A stretch of DNA of 55,572 bases from a virus. Lineage: Duplodnaviria; Caudoviricetes. A program made the translations under genes and the position numbers. The first letter of the stretch is position 1, and each line of letters opens with the position of its first letter. Shown here piece by piece: positions 45,426-52,580 of the stretch. The notes beneath the pieces are model-generated. The model had not been told where the DNA came from and made no database searches. It saw nothing but the letters and a program-made list of their open reading frames with translations. The stretch is from IMG/VR virus record IMGVR_UViG_3300026320_000006, positions 1 to 55,572 of that record; one strand, 5' to 3'.

Positions 45426-45617
45426 CCCTTGCAAGGAATTTGTCCCTGTTGTCCATAATTGCAGAGCTTATTTTCTGTTTTGTCCCTGTTGTCCATATGT
45501 ACAAATGTACATAATCATCTATTTCTTGCATGGATAAATGGACAAGATAGAAAACAGTAAAAAGTGATTCTGTCCATAGGGGCAAGATGGACAGATGTAC
45601 AAAACCCCTTACAGGGG
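45426..45617. repeat. Putative replication origin (iterons)
   Basis: TTTGTCCCTGTTGTCCATA twice (45439, 45479), TGTACA x3, TGGACA x2, AT-rich centre. Confidence 0.75.
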
Positions 45618-45636
45618 AGCCTATGGCACAGAGTTT

Positions 45637-46317
45637 ATGAGGATGATCGACTTGATTTATTGCGCAGGTGGGAATCCTAGATTATCTCAGATTGCAGATG
45701 AAGAGGGTTGGCTTATCGGTTTTCGGTCAGATTATGTCGCACCTACTCATCCGATTTGTTTTATTGATATCGATTATAAGCATCCTGATTTTATGGCGCA
45801 TCTGAGAACAGTTACAAAGCATAAGCCTAAATATGCGATTGTGCCTGATCTCTCAGACAAAATGATAGATCAACAGGATATTGACCGCGCCATAAAACAG
45901 GCTGAATTGCTGACTGGGTATTGCGAAATTCCCTTGATCGTTCCAAAGCTCTCGGGTCAGTTAGATTTAATACCAGAGCGTTTCGCCATTGGCTATTCAG
46001 TCCCAAGTCGCTACGGCGGCGCTGATTATCTCCTGTGGGAACTGGCAGGACGGCGAATCCATCTCTTAGGTGGAAGTCCTAAGAAGCAATTTCAAGCGTA
46101 TTTGCATCTCTCTGCTATCGCCGAAGTGATTAGCGCGGACGGCAATTATGCACAGCGGCAAGCCACAAAATTCGCTGAGTATTGGACTGGCAAGAAATGG
46201 GTAGAGCATCCTGATTATCAGGCAGAGGAAGCAGCAAGAAGAAAAGATTTATATTTTGAGTGCTGGAGATGGTCCTGTCAAAATATCATGAAAGGATGGA
46301 GAAAACTATGCCAGTGA
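45637..46317 (+). CDS. TGT/DpdA-like TIM-barrel protein (DUF6610-like)
   Basis: FIDID, IVPD, IHLLGGSP, SADGN; start uncertain. Confidence 0.5.
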   Translation: MRMIDLIYCAGGNPRLSQIADEEGWLIGFRSDYVAPTHPICFIDIDYKHPDFMAHLRTVTKHKPKYAIVPDLSDKMIDQQDIDRAIKQAELLTGYCEIPLIVPKLSGQLDLIPERFAIGYSVPSRYGGADYLLWELAGRRIHLLGGSPKKQFQAYLHLSAIAEVISADGNYAQRQATKFAEYWTGKKWVEHPDYQAEEAARRKDLYFECWRWSCQNIMKGWRKLCQ

Positions 46318-47753
46318 TCGATCTTGTTAGTCTCATCGAACAGACAACCGCATTCCACAAAATAGGACAGGCCAACAATCACCTGAATGGCGTAGAGTAC
46401 TGGGGAGTATGTCCCTATTGCGGAACCGGCAATGATCGCTTTCACGTGTTCCCTGAAGCAACTAAACCGCATTTCTGGTGTCGAATATGCGGTAAAACCG
46501 GAGATCACATCGATATCCTCCGACACTTTAAAAGCCTCTCATATGTGGAAGCATGCGAAGAACTGGGCGTCGAGCCAGGGGACACAATCTTGCATGCCGC
46601 GCCCATGTTCTTCGATGATCAACCTCCTTGCAAGGAATGGGAGGACATGGCGCGAACGCTTATTGAACGTGCTCAAAGATTTCTCTGGAAAGACAAAGCG
46701 CGTCATGCGCTGGACTATCTCAGAGGCAGAGGACTGACCGATGAGACGATTGTAAATGCTCAGTTGGGCTATATTCCACTTATCGATGGAAAATGGTTTC
46801 AATCGTCTTTTTCCGATTGGGGGCTCACTGACGAGATGCTTTCAGAAAAGCAAAAAGCAAAAGGCTGCGTACGGGTACCAAATGGAATTCTTATCCCCTG
46901 GATAGCTGATGGACATATCTGGAAACTGGCTATAAAGCGATTTGAAGCCTCTGGCGATGAACCAAAGTATGGACAAGTTATTGGCTCAAAAGATGCCCTA
47001 TATGGCTCTGACAGCCTCACGAGGGGCAAGCCGGTGTTGTTGCTTGAGGGCGAGTTTGATGTGCTGTCAGCGTTGCAGGAAGCTGGTGATTTGATTATAC
47101 CAATCGGTACAGGATCAGCAAACAAACTCTTCGATATGCCGCTCTGGATCGCCAGGATCGCAACCTATGCCAGCGTTGTGTTGATTGGTTTCGACAAAGA
47201 TGAAAATCAGGCGGGTAACATGGCCAGTCAACAATGGCTCCAACTCTTCGCCAACTCTGAACGATGGCTTCCCTACAGCCATGATGTGAACGATATGCTG
47301 CAAGAGGGAAAGGATATCAGGGCATGGATAGAAACCGGCTTGAACATCGCTACAACGCCACAGAAGCCCCCTGCAAGGGAAGAGGAACCGTTTATCGATT
47401 GTTGTGTAGGGTGCAAGCGCGATCTGAACAACTACGATGAAGAGAGCGAGGGAGAAGTACAAGCCGATGACGACGGAAATTGCTATTGTGGACCCTGCTG
47501 GAAGAAACTCCACGAAACGCCTCAACCGGCATTAACGTGTTCTCAATGCCACCATGAGACAAAAGAACTACGCGAGGGCAAGTGTCCACTCTGTTGGTGG
47601 AAATCACTTCCTGAAATGCCAGTACCAGAGCAAGCAAAACCTCAGTTCCTCTGTAAGTTTTGCAAGATTGCTAAATGGACCTGGTCCAGCGAGGATCAGG
47701 ACTTTATCTGTATCAAATGCTATTCTCCAGCAAGTTGGACGCAGAAACCTTAA
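46308..47753 (+). CDS. DNA primase (Zn finger plus TOPRIM) with extra C-terminal Zn fingers
   Basis: CPYC...CRIC, YLRGRGL, LLEGEFD, FDKD. Confidence 0.88.
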   Translation: MPVIDLVSLIEQTTAFHKIGQANNHLNGVEYWGVCPYCGTGNDRFHVFPEATKPHFWCRICGKTGDHIDILRHFKSLSYVEACEELGVEPGDTILHAAPMFFDDQPPCKEWEDMARTLIERAQRFLWKDKARHALDYLRGRGLTDETIVNAQLGYIPLIDGKWFQSSFSDWGLTDEMLSEKQKAKGCVRVPNGILIPWIADGHIWKLAIKRFEASGDEPKYGQVIGSKDALYGSDSLTRGKPVLLLEGEFDVLSALQEAGDLIIPIGTGSANKLFDMPLWIARIATYASVVLIGFDKDENQAGNMASQQWLQLFANSERWLPYSHDVNDMLQEGKDIRAWIETGLNIATTPQKPPAREEEPFIDCCVGCKRDLNNYDEESEGEVQADDDGNCYCGPCWKKLHETPQPALTCSQCHHETKELREGKCPLCWWKSLPEMPVPEQAKPQFLCKFCKIAKWTWSSEDQDFICIKCYSPASWTQKP

Positions 47754-47875
47754 CCAACCTGCAACCTATAGTCCACACCTGGACATCATCTCACACACGC
47801 TAAACTCGCAATATAGGCATAGATACCACTATCCACTCATTCCTTCTCTGTGTTATACTTTGGTAGAGAACAGAG

Positions 47876-47910
47876 GTGAAAAGTTGGTAAAATCTTTACC
47901 AACTTTTCAC
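47876..47910. promoter_or_regulatory. Perfect inverted repeat upstream of an HTH gene
   Basis: GTGAAAAGTTGGTAAA-ATC-TTTACCAACTTTTCAC; TGTTATACT just upstream. Confidence 0.65.
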
Positions 47911-47935
47911 AGCATTACAAAAGGAGATCGTACGT

Positions 47936-48145
47936 ATGCCTATTAAAATTGACAATGAGGAATTTTTGACCTCGCGGGAAGCACAGGAATTTTTAGGAGT
48001 GTCTATTCAAAGCTTAGGGAATTACGTTAAAGCAGGTAAACTTAAGCGGTATGAGCGAGAGCTGGCTAGTAATATCAAATATTACAAAAGGTCTGAACTT
48101 CAGAAACTCCTGGAATTCCGACCAGAAACTGATCAACCGGAGTAG
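47936..48145 (+). CDS. HTH_17 / excisionase-like protein
   Basis: FLTSREAQEFLGVSIQSLGNYVKAGKL. Confidence 0.8.
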   Translation: MPIKIDNEEFLTSREAQEFLGVSIQSLGNYVKAGKLKRYERELASNIKYYKRSELQKLLEFRPETDQPE

Positions 48146-48149
48146 TCAA

Positions 48150-48191
48150 AAACACCCCTTGTACCATAGAGGTACCGGGCAAGGGGTGTTT
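48150..48191. terminator. Bidirectional hairpin terminator
   Basis: AAACACCCCTTG / CAAGGGGTGTTT. Confidence 0.7.
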
Positions 48192-48199
48192 ATCGTCGT

Positions 48200-48385
48200 T
48201 TATGCCTCTAAAACAGATACAGAGAGGTCTAATTTCAAATCATACTTCCAGATTTCCATAAGCGCTTGGAGCGATTGTAACAGATCTGGAGGTACATGGC
48301 GTTCCAGACCGGTCACTTTTACCTGTTCCTCATCTTCAGCAATACTAATTCCGGTATTCTCATCGGTTACTGTGTGTGACTGCAT
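48200..48385 (-). CDS. Hypothetical protein
   Basis: GAAGGA RBS. Confidence 0.5.
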   Translation of the reverse strand: MQSHTVTDENTGISIAEDEEQVKVTGLERHVPPDLLQSLQALMEIWKYDLKLDLSVSVLEA

Positions 48386-48493
48386 GAGCTTTTGTAAAAT
48401 CCTTCCTAACTATCCCCCACAATTCAATAGTTTAATAGAGGATACCGATTATTATACACAGAATAGATAATCACGGCAATATTTCAGCGTGTG

Positions 48494-48703
48494 TCATTCA
48501 TCAGGAACAATTTCAAGCAGGTCGGAAATGTCAGTGATATTCAGCGCTTTGGCAATTTTATTGAGGGTGTAGGTGGTGGTGTTTCGGCGTGGATCGCGAA
48601 AAAGTCGCTGGATGTGCTTTATATCGATGCCGGTCATGAGAAAGAGTTGTCGCTGGCTTATTCCCCGCGCCTGTGCTACCTCTTTCACCTTGAGACGGAT
48701 CAT
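48494..48703 (-). CDS. Cro/CI-type (XRE) HTH regulator
   Basis: MIRLKVKEVAQARGISQRQL...TLNKIAKALNI. Confidence 0.85.
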   Translation of the reverse strand: MIRLKVKEVAQARGISQRQLFLMTGIDIKHIQRLFRDPRRNTTTYTLNKIAKALNITDISDLLEIVPDE

Positions 48704-48916
48704 ACACAAGGTTCCTCTTTCTCTGATTGATTGCCACATTGTAACAATCCTTGTGTGAGAAACATAGGTACTTTGATACCGTAGGCATACAGACCTTCAG
48801 CAAGCGCGAGAATGCCCCAGGTTATTCACCAGAACGCCGTAGCACCGTTTTTCGGCATCTAGCCCTATCATTGGATAGCTGACTGTAGAATAGCGTCCTA
48901 GTGCGAAAGAGACATG

Positions 48917-48950
48917 AAAAAGCTCCTGTCACCAACAGCAGGAGCTTTTT
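48917..48950. terminator. Bidirectional terminator
   Basis: AAAAAGCTCCTG / CAGGAGCTTTTT. Confidence 0.8.
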
Positions 48951-48973
48951 GTTGGATATTTAAATGTTGCATT

Positions 48974-49180
48974 TTATTTTTCCTCATTGTCCACAATCAA
49001 ATCTCCGGTTTTGACTCCCAAGGCTCTAGCTATTAATTCCAGCGAACGCAATTCAACACGCTGCGTTGAGCCGTTCCAATAGCGATTAAGCAATTGAGCG
49101 GTAACACCGCTCTTTTCCTGAAGACGTACCTGGTTTAAACCCTGCTCTTTTGCCAATTCTTTAATCCGCAAATGTGCCAT
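48974..49180 (-). CDS. Cro/CI-type (XRE) HTH repressor
   Basis: MAHLRIKELAKEQGLNQ...LELIARALGVKTGDLI; AGGAGG RBS. Confidence 0.88.
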   Translation of the reverse strand: MAHLRIKELAKEQGLNQVRLQEKSGVTAQLLNRYWNGSTQRVELRSLELIARALGVKTGDLIVDNEEK

Positions 49181-49208
49181 TGACTGACCTCCTTTTCTTT
49201 ATGATACC

Positions 49209-49302
49209 AGTTTATCACGATATCGTAAATTTGTCAATATTGACCCCTAAAACCCTTGCAATATTAACGATATCGTGTTATTATTAATTATACGATAAAC
49301 GT
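49209..49302. promoter_or_regulatory. Divergent promoters with ACGATATCGT operators
   Basis: Leftward TTGACA-N17-TAAACT, rightward TTGCAA-N17-TATTAT; palindrome at 49217 and 49267 in the spacers, variant at 49292. Confidence 0.8.
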
Positions 49303-49334
49303 AAGTCGTTAATAAATTTAAGGAGTTACCCGAA

Positions 49335-49793
49335 ATGACACAAGTATCCACCAAAGCCGCCGAAGTCTACGAAGCCAAGATCGCCGCCGCCGTTTCCACC
49401 GTCAAAGAAATCCGCGCAGGCGTGTACAGCGTTCCATCTAGCCGCAAGAGCATACAGCCCCACATCGTTACAACCATCGATGGTTCTGCAAACTTCTGCA
49501 CATGCGAGTCTTTCCAATTCAACGGTTGGGAGCGTTATGGACACAAGTGTTACCATGCGCAAGCAACAGAGCGCTACATCGCTACTCAGCAAGCCGTCGC
49601 CGCGGCAGAGCAAATTCTTGCAGAAGAGATTTGCAACGACCAGGAGCAAGAGCTTGGAGAGCTTTCCCTCATTGCTGGCTACGTTGCTCAGGGCGTGAGC
49701 CGCTCAACAGCGGAAGCGATCGTCAGCGCGAAAGGCATCAAGAGCCATGGCAACGCGAAAGGCTATCAGCCCAAAGCGTTCTCACTTCTCTAA
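49335..49793 (+). CDS. SWIM zinc-finger protein
   Basis: CTCESFQF...KCYH; AAGGAG RBS. Confidence 0.75.
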   Translation: MTQVSTKAAEVYEAKIAAAVSTVKEIRAGVYSVPSSRKSIQPHIVTTIDGSANFCTCESFQFNGWERYGHKCYHAQATERYIATQQAVAAAEQILAEEICNDQEQELGELSLIAGYVAQGVSRSTAEAIVSAKGIKSHGNAKGYQPKAFSLL

Positions 49794-49832
49794 TCGTTCA
49801 AAGCAGGGGCTCTAAATGAGCCCCTGGAAAGG

Positions 49833-50084
49833 TTGAAAGAGATGAACGTAAAGATAGAAGCACCAATCATTAGTGAAGACATTTGGGGCGACGAGTCAAA
49901 GCCTGAGAAGGCATGGTACACCGTCCGTTACTATAAGCCAAGCGGCTTTGGCATTCAGCGTGAATGGACAAATGTCTATGTTGCAACTGAGCAGGAAGCT
50001 AAGTGGTTCGCTCAAACAAGTTATGGTATTCCACAAGGCATGATGTGTTTGGTATACGCTTTCAAGCAAGATACGAGAATTTAA
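49833..50084 (+). CDS. Hypothetical protein
   Basis: ORF in small-gene early cluster. Confidence 0.55.
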   Translation: MKEMNVKIEAPIISEDIWGDESKPEKAWYTVRYYKPSGFGIQREWTNVYVATEQEAKWFAQTSYGIPQGMMCLVYAFKQDTRI

Positions 50085-50149
50085 TCAAGAGTAGTTCACA
50101 TCTGGGGAGCTGGACCGGAAACTGGCTCCCCGAGAAAGGAATTTTTTCA

Positions 50150-50473
50150 ATGAGCAGTAAAGATGAACTTTTCGATGGAGCCATTCATCGAAGTGTCCAG
50201 GCACAAATTTACAAAGAACAGCAGTATGCGCAATCTGGTAAGCGTGATGCGCGGCCATATGTTGAGCGCGATCAATGCATAGAGATTTCGCTAGAACAAT
50301 ACCGACAGCGCATGCACGCCTGGATTGAAAATGCGCCATACGAAGAAGAGAAATGTGCCAGACTTGCCTATCAAAAGGCGTTTGAAACAGAGATCAACAA
50401 GCCTCATCCTGATTATTGTCTCTGCGATGAATGTGCAGCGTTCCGCTATACCGTCACAGGCGAACCGGACTAG
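50150..50473 (+). CDS. Hypothetical protein with C-terminal HxxxCxCxxC
   Basis: GAAAGGA RBS before ATG 50150. Confidence 0.6.
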   Translation: MSSKDELFDGAIHRSVQAQIYKEQQYAQSGKRDARPYVERDQCIEISLEQYRQRMHAWIENAPYEEEKCARLAYQKAFETEINKPHPDYCLCDECAAFRYTVTGEPD

Positions 50474-50485
50474 CCGAGAAATGAT

Positions 50486-50713
50486 ATGATATATGCAAGG
50501 AGAATGAGCATAATGAACTGTATCTATTGCCAGCGACGCGAAGCTACAGTGAATGACATCTTTTGTCATCCTTGCGCAGATGAACTAGGTCAAGAAGGTA
50601 TGCAGAAGATGAAAAGCACCCTGATTGGTCAGGGTATGCTCGCGCATAAAGCATGGCGTGAACTTGTCCAGGTGATCAAGCGGGAACTGCTCAAATCACT
50701 TCACAGAACATAA
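50486..50713 (+). CDS. Small Zn-finger protein
   Basis: CIYC...CHPC; start may be a downstream ATG. Confidence 0.55.
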   Translation: MIYARRMSIMNCIYCQRREATVNDIFCHPCADELGQEGMQKMKSTLIGQGMLAHKAWRELVQVIKRELLKSLHRT

Positions 50714-50733
50714 CGAGCCGACACGCGCAACGC

Positions 50734-50766
50734 CCCCTGCTCTGTCTTAGATGAACAGAGCAGGGG
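50734..50766. terminator. Hairpin between convergent genes
   Basis: CCCCTGCTCTGT / ACAGAGCAGGGG. Confidence 0.75.
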
Positions 50767-50770
50767 TATT

Positions 50771-51283
50771 TTATTGTAATTCTTGTACTGTTATGCTCCA
50801 ATCGCCAGTAGCATCTATCTTCAAATAAATAGAGCCGCTCTGATGCTCTTCTGTTTCACCGGTTGATTGCCCATTTGCCTTACAAGATGAGTTGACCGCA
50901 ACATCAATGATGCTTGCATGATTATCGTAAATAATAACCCCTAACTGGCCATCGACTGTATCGAACCCGATGCAGCTCCATTGGATCTTCCAGTCACCAG
51001 GTACGCTGAAGATTTCTGTTTGCTTGATGCCATTGCCTGAAAATGTATGGGTTGTTGTCCAGGTACCCCCAGATGAACTGACAGTAGTATCAGATGCGAC
51101 GGTGGAAGTATCAGTGGTGGAAGTATCAGATGTGCTGGTAGGTGTAATGATCCTGTTCAATTCTGCAAGGCCAATAAAGATCACGAGCAGAAGACAGACA
51201 AGCCCGATAATGGCCCAAGCTGGTGTTTGTCGCTTTTTCGGTGGTGGTTGTTGCTGTGAATATTCTGGTGACTGTTGTTGCAT
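50771..51283 (-). CDS. Membrane-anchored exported protein with Ser/Thr linker
   Basis: PPPKKR, TM helix, S/T stalk, beta-rich domain; AAGGAG RBS. Confidence 0.75.
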   Translation of the reverse strand: MQQQSPEYSQQQPPPKKRQTPAWAIIGLVCLLLVIFIGLAELNRIITPTSTSDTSTTDTSTVASDTTVSSSGGTWTTTHTFSGNGIKQTEIFSVPGDWKIQWSCIGFDTVDGQLGVIIYDNHASIIDVAVNSSCKANGQSTGETEEHQSGSIYLKIDATGDWSITVQELQ

Positions 51284-51481
51284 AATACGTCATCTCCTTT
51301 ACAAATTCCCTTATGCATTTGATACAACGAGCAACAACAGCATTGCTAACTGTCGAACTGTCGAAGAGATGAAAAAGTTCGACAGTTGGCAGTTGAGGCA
51401 AGAGAAAACCCCTGCGCTGAAAGGAGAAAGAACAAAGCAGGGGCAAGAGGGAGGGAAAAGAAATCAGAGATAGACCTACTG

Positions 51482-51691
51482 TCATGGGTGATGTACTTCT
51501 TTCCATAACTCATCGCACAACTGTGCCGCGCTATCAAGTTTGCACACACCTGCTTTGCTGTCAAAGTGGATATCACAAACCCACTCATGGCAGGTAGGGC
51601 ATTGATGTTTTGCCGGTTGCTCACAATAAATGTTTTCTTCCTGCTCACAATCGAAGTCAACTACGATGTAACAACTGTGCAAGCTTCTCAC
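51482..51691 (-). CDS. Small Cys/His Zn-finger protein
   Basis: CPTCHEWVCDIH; start uncertain. Confidence 0.55.
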   Translation of the reverse strand: MRSLHSCYIVVDFDCEQEENIYCEQPAKHQCPTCHEWVCDIHFDSKAGVCKLDSAAQLCDELWKEVHHP

Positions 51692-51727
51692 CCTTTCATA
51701 CGAAAAAATTCAGAATGTTTTTACTCT

Positions 51728-52081
51728 CTATTGGTTTATCTCCAGCCTCAATTGGCGGAGCTTCAACATGTCTTCTTTTGGAAGTCGAGCGCACTGTTCG
51801 CACGGTGAGGCATGATAGCCACTTAAGCCATTGTTGCCAAAGCCTGAATAGTCTTCAATCCAGATGTGTTGTTTGTAGTCAAAATGGATAGAGCAGGTCC
51901 ATAACCCACAGAATTCACAGGTGTCATCTGCCTGGCATGGACAGCGTTTCCGTCTCTTGTTAGCAAAAATCGTGTGCATACATGTCCATCCCTCATCATG
52001 AGAGATTTCTACCAGGTGGATCGCATATTCTGTTTCTTTCTTTGGCACCTGGATCTCATAGAATGGTTTGTGGTCGCTCAT
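51728..52081 (-). CDS. Cys/His Zn-finger protein
   Basis: CEFCGLWTCSIH...CEQC. Confidence 0.7.
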   Translation of the reverse strand: MSDHKPFYEIQVPKKETEYAIHLVEISHDEGWTCMHTIFANKRRKRCPCQADDTCEFCGLWTCSIHFDYKQHIWIEDYSGFGNNGLSGYHASPCEQCARLPKEDMLKLRQLRLEINQ

Positions 52082-52368
52082 TGGTTAAGCTCCAATCTGA
52101 ACTGATACACTTTTTCACGCTCGGCAGGGGTTAGATCTCCGCATGTTTCACAGATTGACCTGTTATTGAACTTTTCGCTGATTGCATCATGTAGTAAGCA
52201 GACCTGTTTGTCGCAAACGGCGCAAGAGAAGTCAGCTTTTTCTAAACACAATTTCCCTGTATGCTCTACAATCTGCTGGCAAGCAATATCATGATCTTCA
52301 TAAAACCATTCAACAGTAACCACGGCATAGCGTACCCCTGCTTTGATCTCTGTAAACGGTTGGCTCAT
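52078..52368 (-). CDS. Cys/His Zn-finger protein
   Basis: CAVCDKQVCLLH...CETC. Confidence 0.7.
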   Translation of the reverse strand: MSQPFTEIKAGVRYAVVTVEWFYEDHDIACQQIVEHTGKLCLEKADFSCAVCDKQVCLLHDAISEKFNNRSICETCGDLTPAEREKVYQFRLELNQ

Positions 52369-52580
52369 TGTGTTGCTCCCTCCGGATTCAATCGTGTTAC
52401 TGTACCGCTAAACTGGACTTTTGCAATTGCTCTGTTTCCAACTTGTTTGCGAGTGATAAAGTAACGAGGTGGATTTTCAAAATTTGGAACAATGTAATGC
52501 GTTTGATAAATTGAGCTTGCTCGTTGCTTTGCAATTTTAATAGCTTCGTCTACGGTATCAAAGTAACGCGCTTTGTTCAT
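52365..52580 (-). CDS. Hypothetical protein
   Basis: Coupled ORF, GGAGG RBS. Confidence 0.6.
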   Translation of the reverse strand: MNKARYFDTVDEAIKIAKQRASSIYQTHYIVPNFENPPRYFITRKQVGNRAIAKVQFSGTVTRLNPEGATQ

